DNA of 64,000 nt, taken from NCBI GenBank assembly GCA_963714095.1, contig OY970230.1, positions 596,084 through 660,083 of the forward strand, given 5' to 3'. The notes under the pieces are model-generated. The model ran no database searches. It saw only the letters and a program-made list of their open reading frames with translations, and was not told where the DNA came from. Position 1 is the stretch's first letter, and each line of letters begins with the position of its first letter. The DNA comes from Candidatus Gottesmanbacteria bacterium. GTDB lineage: Bacteria; Patescibacteriota; Microgenomatia; UBA10105; UBA927. This document shows positions 27,032 to 36,382 of the stretch, piece after piece. The translations under genes and the position numbers were made by a program.

Positions 27032-29209
27032 TTATAGCTTTTTCGCGTACCGCTCGCGACTTGCGCGTATCACTTTCTCGCGGTTTTGGTTGCGGCTGCG
27101 CGGCAGGGGCAGGGTGACTGCGGAAAAAGGGTTACTCGTGTGATTGTCGATGGAAAGCTTCAAAACTATCTGAAAATTCCCCAGTCCCACAAGTTCCGAC
27201 TCCTCATATGACCCGCCGAACTCACGCGACAGAAGCCGCGCGTCGCCCGCCCCAACACTGAAGGTGACCATGGAACCGGCATTGCCAAAAATTGCCTTCT
27301 GCACATCTTCTTCAATCTGCCCGATATACTGGTTGGCAAGTGTAAGATTGAGGCGGTATTTTCGCGCCTCGGATAATATTTTGATAAACGACTGCGTCGC
27401 AAAATTCTGAAACTCATCGACAAAGAGGTAAAAATCGCGGCGTTCCTCCTCCCCCACATATACACGGTTCATGGCAGCAAGCTGCATTTTGGTAATAATC
27501 ATGGCACCAAGAAGCGCACTTGCATCCTCGCCGAGTTTCCCCTGGGAGAGGTTCACAATCACTATCTTTCCTTTGTTCATCATGTCTTCCAAATCAATCG
27601 TGGAAATTGGCGATCCGACAATGTTTCTAATCGTTTGTGAGGACAAAAATTGTCCGACCTTATTGAGAATCGGCGAGGTGGCTTCCGTTCGCATCTGCGG
27701 ACTCATTTTTGCAAATTCGTTCAACCAAAAATTCTTGAGGACGCGGTCGTCAAGTTTTTCAAGCACTTTTTTACGATACCGGTCGTTGGTTAATAATTCC
27801 GGGACTTGCAGGAGTGTTGAATCCGGCACGTGAAGAAGCGTGAGAATGGTGTTTCTAAGGATATATTCAAGCCGCGGCCCCCAGCTGTAGTGGTACAGTT
27901 TATAAAAAATGGACACGATGCCTGATGCAATAAGCTCGCGGTATGCCGGATTTTTCATTTCCAGCGGATTGAGATGAAAAGGATATTCCAAATCAGAGGG
28001 GTCCAAATACGCCACATCATTAATCCTGTGGGAGGGAATAAAATCCAAAAGGATATCACAGAGGTCCCCGTGTGGATCAATAACTGCCATCCCTTCCCCG
28101 TTTTTCATGTCGTTGATTGCCATATTGGCGATCATCGTTGACTTTCCGGTGCCGGTTTTCCCCATAATATACAGGTGTTTCCGCCTATCATCCTTTTTAA
28201 GACCGAACGTCGTGGTTGCGTTTTTAAACTCCGTCCGGGCAAAAAAATTAATCTTCTTTTTTTCCTCCTCGCTACTTGTGACGACCGGCAGATTTTCCGG
28301 TGCCTCCCCAGGAAGACTTGCGCCCCAAGAAATATTTTTAATCATCGCAAGCGTTGCCCCCGGCGGATGCCAGAGGGAGGCAAGCTCACTGGCGTTTAAT
28401 ACCTGATGGCGGGGTCCCGCATCTGCCGCCCTACTGACAAACGCACCCTCAAGTTTCTTTTTTTGCCAAAAAGCCGGTTCTGCGGTTGTAAGGCCGTTAC
28501 CATCTCCCAGCGTATAAACACCAAATGTCCCACCTACGCTGTACAAAAGTTCTTTTGCCCGCTCGGAGGAAGGAGCGACTCCTAACAACCGAATGGCGGT
28601 AATAAATCCCGGTTGAGCAATTTTTGATTCAATAAGGCGCGCCTGCGGATGCGAGCGTGTTCTGCCCGTTGTCGATGTCGGATCCGGAATACCGCGGGCA
28701 ACAACGGCTGCCGCGTTTCTTTGCCAATTCGTTCCGGCTGGCGCAACGCGGATTTGAACTGCAAGCGCCTCGCCTGCCGGAAGCTTCCCCATGGCACCCA
28801 ACACGCTTGCCAGAAGATCCAGGTCCTTCACTTCCCTGTACGTTCTCAGGGGATAATAAAATGAATTGGTGAACATCAATTGTCCTGACGCATGCGGAAG
28901 CTCCAAAAAATGCGGCGCCCAATCGGAAACCGGCGCCAAAAGCAGTTTTGGATACTGTGCCGTCAACTGACTCTCCAGATATCCCAGCGCTTTTGACGGA
29001 ACGCCGACAAAAAAATGGATCCTGGAATTTACCGCAACGATTTCGAAACTGAAAAACCACGGTCCGTGCCTGGGGCCGAAAAATCTGGATAACAATCCTC
29101 CGTACCCACCGCCGGAGGCAAGCGCCGCAAAAATCTGTTCCATTGCAGACGCCGGTTCTTCCGACTCGCGTGAGTTCTTTACTTCCAATAGTACCAGGGA
29201 TGAATCCAT
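27032..29209 (-). CDS. T4SS coupling-protein-like / DUF87-family P-loop ATPase (VirD4/TraG/HerA superfamily)
   Basis: An N-terminal domain of about 380 aa, then Walker A (IMGKTGTGKST), VIDPHGD, and Walker B (YLFVDEFQNF). No TM helices seen. Confidence 0.55.
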   Translation of the reverse strand: MDSSLVLLEVKNSRESEEPASAMEQIFAALASGGGYGGLLSRFFGPRHGPWFFSFEIVAVNSRIHFFVGVPSKALGYLESQLTAQYPKLLLAPVSDWAPHFLELPHASGQLMFTNSFYYPLRTYREVKDLDLLASVLGAMGKLPAGEALAVQIRVAPAGTNWQRNAAAVVARGIPDPTSTTGRTRSHPQARLIESKIAQPGFITAIRLLGVAPSSERAKELLYSVGGTFGVYTLGDGNGLTTAEPAFWQKKKLEGAFVSRAADAGPRHQVLNASELASLWHPPGATLAMIKNISWGASLPGEAPENLPVVTSSEEEKKKINFFARTEFKNATTTFGLKKDDRRKHLYIMGKTGTGKSTMIANMAINDMKNGEGMAVIDPHGDLCDILLDFIPSHRINDVAYLDPSDLEYPFHLNPLEMKNPAYRELIASGIVSIFYKLYHYSWGPRLEYILRNTILTLLHVPDSTLLQVPELLTNDRYRKKVLEKLDDRVLKNFWLNEFAKMSPQMRTEATSPILNKVGQFLSSQTIRNIVGSPISTIDLEDMMNKGKIVIVNLSQGKLGEDASALLGAMIITKMQLAAMNRVYVGEEERRDFYLFVDEFQNFATQSFIKILSEARKYRLNLTLANQYIGQIEEDVQKAIFGNAGSMVTFSVGAGDARLLSREFGGSYEESELVGLGNFQIVLKLSIDNHTSNPFSAVTLPLPRSRNQNREKVIRASRERYAKKL

Positions 29210-29233
29210 AATTTGATTTTAGCATAAGTAACC

Positions 29234-29262
29234 GGGGTAAGCCCGTGAAAACTCTAATTATC
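29234..29262. promoter_or_regulatory. 8-bp-arm inverted repeat CGTGAAAA-N13-TTTTCACG in divergent intergenic region
   Basis: Read directly from the sequence. Lies between the start of the coupling ATPase (minus) and the PrgI-like gene (plus), making it a candidate operator. Confidence 0.25.
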
Positions 29263-29327
29263 ACTTTTCACGGTCCTGATGCGCTTTGTGCTATTGCGTG
29301 TCGCAAAAAACACCCGTAAAATAAAAA

Positions 29328-30665
29328 ATGAGCCCCTCTAAACACGGGGGAATGTTTGCATTAAGAAATATGGAACAACATCCTGTACCTCAAAACGTTA
29401 CCACGTTTCAATTCCGCCTCATCGGAGACATGACCATCAAACAGTTCGGGTATCTGGCGGGAGGGGCAATTTTAGGCTACATCATGTATAAATTACCACT
29501 GCCGTTTTTCTTTACCTGGCCACTGGCGCTTGTTTTTGCGGTCGGCGGTATCGGATTTGCCTTTGTGCCCATTGAGGAGCGCCCGATGGACGTGTGGGTT
29601 CTATCTTTTATTAAAAGCGTCTACTCTCCCACCCAATTCATCTGGTCAAAACATGTGCAAGAACCCCAGATCGCAAATTCCGCTCCTGTAGCGGTGCAAC
29701 AGAGCGTTAGCCCTGCGCCGTCAACGAGAAAAGGTGACATTCTCAACACTATTTTTCTTCCGGCCGCGCCGGCGGGCGGGCCGACTCCTGCAACCCGCGG
29801 AACTTCTGCCGCGCAAGGCCCTCTCACGCGATCTTCCAAACAAGGAAGCGCGTTTGATTGGTTTTTCAGTTTTTTAACGCCAAAACCAAAAACGGCGTCT
29901 CCGCCGGCTCCTCCGCCAACGACAGGACCGTTACAGGCAGGACAATGGTCGCAGGTGCCGGCGCGGCATATGGATTTCACACCTCCGCCGATCGTCAGAC
30001 CCGCAAAAAAAGTCACCCCGGCACCTGTGAATACGCAACAAAAAGAATCGGTCATTGAAGATAAATTAAAAAAGATTTCCTCTGAACTGAAGGATAAAAA
30101 CGCGACAGCGTCCCAGGCTACTCAACTTCAGACTCAACTGGACCAACTGCTTTCCGAGAGAGAGAAAATGGTTCAGGAGCTGGAAGCACTCCGCAAGCCG
30201 GCGGGCGCGCCGATCGTTGAGCCCGTGGTCGTAAACACCCAATCAACAACTACGACCACCACACAGACAGCGGCCTCGCCGACCATTCAGATTATTGCAC
30301 CCGGACGGGCGACAAAAGTTGGTCTTCCGCGCCTCACCACATTCCCCAATATTGTCACGGGAATCGTCAAAGATAAAGACAAAAACCTTCTGCCCGGCGT
30401 CCTTGTGACGGTAAAGGACAAAGACGGTGTTCCGCTTCGGGCCCTCAAAACGAACCGCCTGGGACAATTTGCGGCGTCAACTCAACTTCCCAACGGCACG
30501 TATCTTGTGGAAATAGAGGATCCGAGATTCCGCTATACGTTTGATCGGGCCCAAATTACCCTTAACGGGTCAATCGTACCCGCTTTGGAAATTTTTGCAA
30601 AAACAGAACAAGAAATAACACGGGCCAAGCTCGAAAAAGAACTGTTTGGAAAACCAAACATATAA
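29328..30665 (+). CDS. PrgI/VirB3-like membrane protein with Pro/Thr-rich linker and C-terminal extracytoplasmic domain
   Basis: N-terminus FQFRLIGDMTIKQFGYLAGGAILGYIMYKLPLP..WPLALVFAVGGIGFAFVPIEERPMDVWV resembles PrgI-family (VirB3-like) proteins. It is followed by a P/A/T-rich low-complexity region and a coiled-coil segment. Confidence 0.5.
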   Translation: MSPSKHGGMFALRNMEQHPVPQNVTTFQFRLIGDMTIKQFGYLAGGAILGYIMYKLPLPFFFTWPLALVFAVGGIGFAFVPIEERPMDVWVLSFIKSVYSPTQFIWSKHVQEPQIANSAPVAVQQSVSPAPSTRKGDILNTIFLPAAPAGGPTPATRGTSAAQGPLTRSSKQGSAFDWFFSFLTPKPKTASPPAPPPTTGPLQAGQWSQVPARHMDFTPPPIVRPAKKVTPAPVNTQQKESVIEDKLKKISSELKDKNATASQATQLQTQLDQLLSEREKMVQELEALRKPAGAPIVEPVVVNTQSTTTTTTQTAASPTIQIIAPGRATKVGLPRLTTFPNIVTGIVKDKDKNLLPGVLVTVKDKDGVPLRALKTNRLGQFAASTQLPNGTYLVEIEDPRFRYTFDRAQITLNGSIVPALEIFAKTEQEITRAKLEKELFGKPNI

Positions 30666-30670
30666 ATACT

Positions 30671-31330
30671 ATGCCAGAACCCATTGTTCCGATTCGATCA
30701 TCCACACAACTATTCAGCGAAATAGAAACTGTTGACCGCGACATTATCATGTACACAGACGGTTCGTGTTCTATGGTTATAAGCGCAACTGCTGTTAATT
30801 TTGACTTGCTTTCCGAAAAAGAACAGGATGCGATCATTTATGCATACGCGGAATTATTAAATTCCCTCTCGTTCCCGATTGAAATTCTTATCCGCACGCA
30901 GCACAAAGACATTACCGCATATCTCTCTTCGCTGGAAGAAAAGGAAAAGAAACAGAAAAACCCGAAGATGGCAGCGGCTATTCATGGGTACCGACAATTT
31001 GTTGCGGCGACCGTTAAAGAGAAGGACGTGCTGGATAAAAAGTTTTACCTTGTGATACCTTTTTCGTTTCTTGAGCTGGGTATGGGAGCAAATGTCTTTT
31101 TGGGCGGGTCGAAAAAACGCAGTCTCCCGTACCCGAGACCATATATTTTTGAACGGGCGGTTACCGTCCTGACACCCAAAGGGGACCACATAATCCGCCT
31201 CCTGAGCCGCATAGGACTCCGCGCAAAACAGTTAACAAACGATCAGCTTATCCGGCTGTTTTATGAAATTTATAACCAGGGAGCCCCAATCGTAAACGAG
31301 GACAGTGTCCAAAAAGCGATCGGGACATGA
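30671..31330 (+). CDS. hypothetical cytoplasmic protein embedded in T4SS cluster
   Basis: 219-aa ORF between the VirB3-like and VirB4 genes. No recognisable motif. Confidence 0.45.
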   Translation: MPEPIVPIRSSTQLFSEIETVDRDIIMYTDGSCSMVISATAVNFDLLSEKEQDAIIYAYAELLNSLSFPIEILIRTQHKDITAYLSSLEEKEKKQKNPKMAAAIHGYRQFVAATVKEKDVLDKKFYLVIPFSFLELGMGANVFLGGSKKRSLPYPRPYIFERAVTVLTPKGDHIIRLLSRIGLRAKQLTNDQLIRLFYEIYNQGAPIVNEDSVQKAIGT

Positions 31331-31340
31331 TGACATAACT

Positions 31341-33302
31341 ATGAATATGCCGAAAAATGTTCAGGCTATACTGAAAACTTTTGTCAATCCCGCTCAGGAT
31401 CCCCTTTCGGGGAAAACCCCCACCGGAGGGCCCGCCTCGCCGGGTCAAGACGGGCCACTCACTGTTAAAGATCTGGTCGCCCCGCCGGCAATTGAGGTGG
31501 ATTTCGACACTATTAAAATCGGCGACCGGTATTTCCGGACGCTGTTTGTCGCCGGATACCCCCGGTTTGTGTCTGCAAACTGGCTTGAGCCGCTCATATC
31601 GTTCACCCACACGCTCGACATTGCGATGTACGTGTATCCCACCAAAAGCGAGGAGGTTTTGGAAAATCTCAAACGCAAGGTCGGCGAAATGGAAGCGACT
31701 ATCCAATCAGACGTGAATCGCGGCAGGGTTGTCGAACCCTCTGTTGAAGTTGCGCTCGAAGATGCGGTTTCTCTCCAGCAGGAATTGGCGAAGGGTGCAC
31801 AGCGCTTTTTCCAGTTTGCCCTCTATATCACCATACCGGCACAAACCGTTGAAGAGCTTAATAAAACGACGAAGCAGGTAGAGGCAACGCTCGCGGCGCT
31901 GCTTATTTTGACAAAACGGGCGATCCTCCAGATGGAAGAGGGGTTCAAAACAACGCTCCCTATGGGGCGGGACATGTTGATGATTACGCGCAATATGGAC
32001 ACCACGTCGCTTGCCACCACGTTTCCGTTTACCACATCGGAGCTTACGGCTAATGAGGGAATTCTTTACGGTATCAACGAGCACAATGAGAGCCTGGTTA
32101 TTTTTGATCGGTTTACGCTTGAAAATGCTAACACCGTCGTGTTCGGAAAATCCGGAAGCGGTAAAAGCTATATGGTGAAACTGGAAATTATGCGGAGCCT
32201 CATGTTTGACACGGAGGTAATCGTCATAGATCCGGAATCCGAATACGAGGCTCTCTGTCACGCACTCGGCGGCGAATATATCCGCTTCCATTTCGGCTCT
32301 GCCACAAAAATTAATCCCTTTGATCTCTCGTTATATACCCAGACCGCAGCAGGGAATGAAGAAAGCGAGCTGAATCAAAAAATACTGTCTTTACATGGAT
32401 TTTTCCGCGTCGTTATGGGCAAACTTACCCCAACTGAGGATGCTCTTCTGGACCGCGCACTTATCCTTACGTATAAACAAAAAGGCATTACCCCTGATCC
32501 TGCCACTCAAATGCTCGAGCCCCCGCTCATGGAAGATTTATACAAATCCCTGATTGGCATGGAAGACACGGGTGCCCAGGGCATGGCTGACCGCATAGAA
32601 AAATTTGTCAAAGGGAGCCTTGTCGGCATTTTCGACCAGCAGACCAACGTAGAAATACGCAATCAATTAACGGTGTTTTCGATCCGCGATCTTGAAGATG
32701 AACTGCGACCCATCGCCATGTATCTTATTCTTGACTACATCTGGACGAAGGTGCGGCGCGACACCAAAAGAAGAATCCTCGTTGTCGATGAGGCGTGGTA
32801 TATGATGAAATATCCCGACTCGGGCGAATTTTTAAACTCCATCGCCAAACGGGCGCGCAAATATTACCTTGGCCTTACAACCATTACTCAGGACGTCGAG
32901 GACTTCTTATCCGTAGACCTCGGAAAGTCCATCATCCAAAACAGCAGCGTTCAGATACTTCTCAAGCAGTCGTCTGCCGCCATTGACAAGATTGCCGACG
33001 TGTTTTATTTATCCGAAGGAGAACAACATTTGCTCCTTTCGTCCGATATCGGCGAGGGTCTATTTTTTGCCGGACCGGCCCATGCGGCCATCCGTGTCAT
33101 TTCCTCACCGGAAGAACACGCTCTTGCTACCACCAAGCCTCAAGATGCAGAACGAAAGGTGGAACAAGAAAAACAGGACGTGCTAAACGCCTCCGCCGCC
33201 AATCCCCCGCCTCACGTGATGATGGAAACAGAAGAATCCAAGCCTACGCGCCCGTCATTTACCGTTGAAACGGTGTCCCAACCGCCGGACAACACAAAAT
33301 AA
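31341..33302 (+). CDS. VirB4/TrbE/CagE-family conjugal transfer ATPase
   Basis: N-terminal VirB4 domain, Walker A (VVFGKSGSGKSY), VIDPESEY, Walker B (ILVVDEAWYMM), and TTITQ... C-terminal motifs. Start trimmed to MNMPKNVQ. Confidence 0.8.
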   Translation: MNMPKNVQAILKTFVNPAQDPLSGKTPTGGPASPGQDGPLTVKDLVAPPAIEVDFDTIKIGDRYFRTLFVAGYPRFVSANWLEPLISFTHTLDIAMYVYPTKSEEVLENLKRKVGEMEATIQSDVNRGRVVEPSVEVALEDAVSLQQELAKGAQRFFQFALYITIPAQTVEELNKTTKQVEATLAALLILTKRAILQMEEGFKTTLPMGRDMLMITRNMDTTSLATTFPFTTSELTANEGILYGINEHNESLVIFDRFTLENANTVVFGKSGSGKSYMVKLEIMRSLMFDTEVIVIDPESEYEALCHALGGEYIRFHFGSATKINPFDLSLYTQTAAGNEESELNQKILSLHGFFRVVMGKLTPTEDALLDRALILTYKQKGITPDPATQMLEPPLMEDLYKSLIGMEDTGAQGMADRIEKFVKGSLVGIFDQQTNVEIRNQLTVFSIRDLEDELRPIAMYLILDYIWTKVRRDTKRRILVVDEAWYMMKYPDSGEFLNSIAKRARKYYLGLTTITQDVEDFLSVDLGKSIIQNSSVQILLKQSSAAIDKIADVFYLSEGEQHLLLSSDIGEGLFFAGPAHAAIRVISSPEEHALATTKPQDAERKVEQEKQDVLNASAANPPPHVMMETEESKPTRPSFTVETVSQPPDNTK

Positions 33303-33308
33303 CGCATT

Positions 33309-35738
33309 ATGGCAGACATCGACACAACCGTGTATGCATCGACAGACGAAATACGACGGGCGCTCGGAATGCTCAACGACCTACGAGAAAATAAACCGCT
33401 CGAGTTTGAGGGGATATTAGCGAAGAATCCCGATATAAATCCATTCATGCGCTGGCCGCTCCTTAAAGAGCCGACAGAGGCATTTTTACGCTTTTTTGAA
33501 ACTGCTACGCCGGTATTGGAGGGGGGCGCGGAGACCTCAACTCCTGCTCTTGGTCCATATACTGAAACCGTCAGCTCGCTCGGGTCGCAACGAAATATTG
33601 ACGCGAAAAAACTCGACGAGCTTATTGATGTATTTAATAAAGAGTATGCCGAGGCAAAGGAGGGGCGGGTCAACGCGGCCGCGGCGTCAAAAAAATTTGT
33701 CTCCAACTTTCTTGAATACGCAAAAAAGGCGGGCGTGCCGCTAACCGAAACACAGACTCCTCTGCCCCCGGCGCCACAACCTATCGAGGAGACTGAGAGT
33801 GCTCCGACTCAATATTCCGAACAGCCGCTCACGCAAACGCCCGCAATAGAAGCGCTCACGGGCACACCCGTTCCGCCGGAGCGCATAGAGGAAATTGCCG
33901 CTGCCGTCATTCAGCGACCTGAGCCACCCGATGCAAAAATAGGCATGTTCCATCTGTTAGAAACGTTTAGTTCTGAACAACCGGATAAAGCTGTCGATGA
34001 GATGCTTCCGCGCGCGGTTGCGGTTATAGAGGCATCGAGGGTTCTCGCTACCCCCGGGGGGTCTTATCCGATCGAAAAATCTTTTTCCGTACTTGCCGCC
34101 AATGGTTTTCAGGAAAGCGCTGCTCGGATTTTTGACGCTGTCGTCCCCGCTGCGGTCAAAGAGTCGATTGTAAGTGAAATGATCCTTCAACCTCTGGAGG
34201 CCATTGTTAACCATCCGGAATCCCTTCCAAAAAACATCATGGGTGAGATGATAAGCCGATGGGGATCAAACTTTGTTGATTCTCCGTGGTTTAACCAGCT
34301 GCGCGCCGACGCCAACCGCATGATGATCGACCAAAAAGGCGAAGCAAAAATTAAAAGCAGGGCTGCGCTTTTTGTTTCCGATCTTGCCACAACTGTCTTT
34401 CATGGGCCACTGGATAAAAACGCAGTTGGGGCAGACAAATTAGTTAAGATCTTAAATGGGGACGTTCCGCCTCTCGGCGGGGGCGCTGCAACCAAAAACA
34501 AACCGGCTCGGGCACCAGACAAGAACGTTTTACCTCAAGAGGCAAGATCTGCCGCCATAGATAAATTAATTCTTGCCCTAAATAGCGGTACTCCTTCTCA
34601 GGGCGGCGGCGGGGTTGCCTTAAGTTATAACGTTATTGCCTATATGGAAACATATAGGATTGTTGCTTCTCAAGGGGTCCCGATGGGTAACGTGTCCCGC
34701 TACGGCGGCGTCGTTCTCGGCTACGGGGGGCAGCTGATCAGGGGTGGAGCCAATTACGCCATTAAGACTGGGGCTAAGGCGATAGCAAAAAAGGTGGCGG
34801 CGAAAGCGGCCACCACTGCCGTTGTTGAGGGTGGGGTGGTCGCGGCCGGCACAGCTCTCGCGCCGGGAGTAGGAACCCTCATTGCCCTTGCTGTTGATTT
34901 TGTGGGTAAACTGGCGACAAATCTGATTAAAAAAGGTACCGCTGTTCTCAAAAGCGTTGCCTTCATGGGAAACAGCAATAGACCGGAGGACAATCTTCTC
35001 GCTGTTGGCCTTGGCGTCATTGCCCTTTTATTCTTTCTCCCGATTCTTCCGCTATTTAACATCCCCGCCTTTAACCAATCTATGATCGACACGTCACTTG
35101 CCACCAGTATAGGCGGGCCAACGGGGGCTACTGGTGCCGTCGGCGCCGCAACCCTTTCCTGTGCTGATACAAGCGGGGCCTACGTATACCAACGAGATCC
35201 CCTGTGGGCCGACTACACGTGTCAAGACGCGAACCCAAGTCAGCCCGCCTGCTCTGCCGCAAATACGTCTTGTACGATCGGCGACTCGGGGTGCGGGAGC
35301 GCCAGCACGACCATAATTTTAAAAGCGTTTGGAGACAACACCGACGTAAAAACGGTGTGGAACCAACAGCACTCAACCGGCGGATATCAATATGACGATG
35401 TCAGCAGTCCGCCTGGTTGCGCATCATATACCGGAGCCCCGCTAAGCTCATTCATGAGCGCGGGACTTTCCGTTGTCAGTCTCGGCGTAGACGGGTGGAG
35501 CGAGGCAGCGCACATACTTAACCCTGGGTGCGGACTCATTCTTGCCCTTGGACATGCTCATATTAACGGAGTAACGACCGGTCATTTTATCGTTATTACA
35601 GGAATTCATGAAGAAAACGGGCAAGTTACATCCGTGGACACACTGGATCCTGCCCAACCAACCTTAACCACACAAACTATTGTTGGCGCGAACGCAACAT
35701 TTACCGTGGATGTTGGCTTGTGGGGAGTAGTAAAATAA
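33309..35738 (+). CDS. large membrane protein with C-terminal papain-like (Cys/His) peptidase domain; candidate cell-wall hydrolase of the T4SS (VirB1 functional analog)
   Basis: 809 aa with a Gly/Ala-rich region and TM helices around residues 480-590. The C-terminus carries DSGCGSASTTIILKAFG (nucleophile Cys context) and a downstream HAHINGVTTGHFIV (His), consistent with CHAP/C39/NlpC-like folds. Confidence 0.45.
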   Translation: MADIDTTVYASTDEIRRALGMLNDLRENKPLEFEGILAKNPDINPFMRWPLLKEPTEAFLRFFETATPVLEGGAETSTPALGPYTETVSSLGSQRNIDAKKLDELIDVFNKEYAEAKEGRVNAAAASKKFVSNFLEYAKKAGVPLTETQTPLPPAPQPIEETESAPTQYSEQPLTQTPAIEALTGTPVPPERIEEIAAAVIQRPEPPDAKIGMFHLLETFSSEQPDKAVDEMLPRAVAVIEASRVLATPGGSYPIEKSFSVLAANGFQESAARIFDAVVPAAVKESIVSEMILQPLEAIVNHPESLPKNIMGEMISRWGSNFVDSPWFNQLRADANRMMIDQKGEAKIKSRAALFVSDLATTVFHGPLDKNAVGADKLVKILNGDVPPLGGGAATKNKPARAPDKNVLPQEARSAAIDKLILALNSGTPSQGGGGVALSYNVIAYMETYRIVASQGVPMGNVSRYGGVVLGYGGQLIRGGANYAIKTGAKAIAKKVAAKAATTAVVEGGVVAAGTALAPGVGTLIALAVDFVGKLATNLIKKGTAVLKSVAFMGNSNRPEDNLLAVGLGVIALLFFLPILPLFNIPAFNQSMIDTSLATSIGGPTGATGAVGAATLSCADTSGAYVYQRDPLWADYTCQDANPSQPACSAANTSCTIGDSGCGSASTTIILKAFGDNTDVKTVWNQQHSTGGYQYDDVSSPPGCASYTGAPLSSFMSAGLSVVSLGVDGWSEAAHILNPGCGLILALGHAHINGVTTGHFIVITGIHEENGQVTSVDTLDPAQPTLTTQTIVGANATFTVDVGLWGVVK

Positions 35739-35752
35739 GTTAATTCGGCATT

Positions 35753-36373
35753 ATGTTTAAAAAACTATATATTCCTTTAATAATATTTTTGGCTGTGTTG
35801 ATCGCGACTGCTGCATACATGCTCTACCCAAAAACCCCTCCGCTCCGGGTTGTTGCCACTAGCCCGACAGGCGGGGCTTCTTTAAACCCCTTCCTCCCCG
35901 TTGTCATCACGTTTAATCAGACGGTGAACCAAAACGAGGTCGCGATCACCATAGGTCCAACAACGGCTGTCAATATCACCGCCTCTGGAAAATCTATTCA
36001 AATAACCCCCCAAACGAAATTTAATCCAAACACACAATACAATATAAATGTTGGAACTAATCCTCCATACGCACTTACTTTTACTACCGAAAGCTCTGTG
36101 GAAAATGCCCCGGGTTGGAATCAGTTAATGAATCAGGCGTTTCAACAGTATGAACAGCAAAACGCAACCCAAGATGCGGCACTTAAAAGCATCAGAACCC
36201 ACGTTCCTCTTCAAGAAGGCGGGTTTACCATAAACTATTCCTATGCCAACAACACCTATACAATCACGCTTTCACCCCCGTACGATCAAAACAAGGAAAG
36301 TTTTTTGAATTGGTTAAATCAAAGCGGGGTTACTAATTTAACGAATCTCCGTTTAAATTATATTAATCAATAA
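35753..36373 (+). CDS. hypothetical secreted/membrane-anchored protein
   Basis: N-terminal TM/signal segment (LYIPLIIFLAVLIATAAYML). Asn/Thr-rich, beta-rich, possibly Ig-like. No known motif. Confidence 0.45.
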   Translation: MFKKLYIPLIIFLAVLIATAAYMLYPKTPPLRVVATSPTGGASLNPFLPVVITFNQTVNQNEVAITIGPTTAVNITASGKSIQITPQTKFNPNTQYNINVGTNPPYALTFTTESSVENAPGWNQLMNQAFQQYEQQNATQDAALKSIRTHVPLQEGGFTINYSYANNTYTITLSPPYDQNKESFLNWLNQSGVTNLTNLRLNYINQ

Positions 36374-36382
36374 CGAGCTTTT

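Noticed and set aside
27166-27465. Numerous small internal or antisense ORFs within the large ATPase, giant coiled-coil and VirB4 genes (for example 27166-27465, 22308-22499, 31707-32291)
   Set aside because: Nested within confidently assigned long CDSs, with no independent coding evidence.
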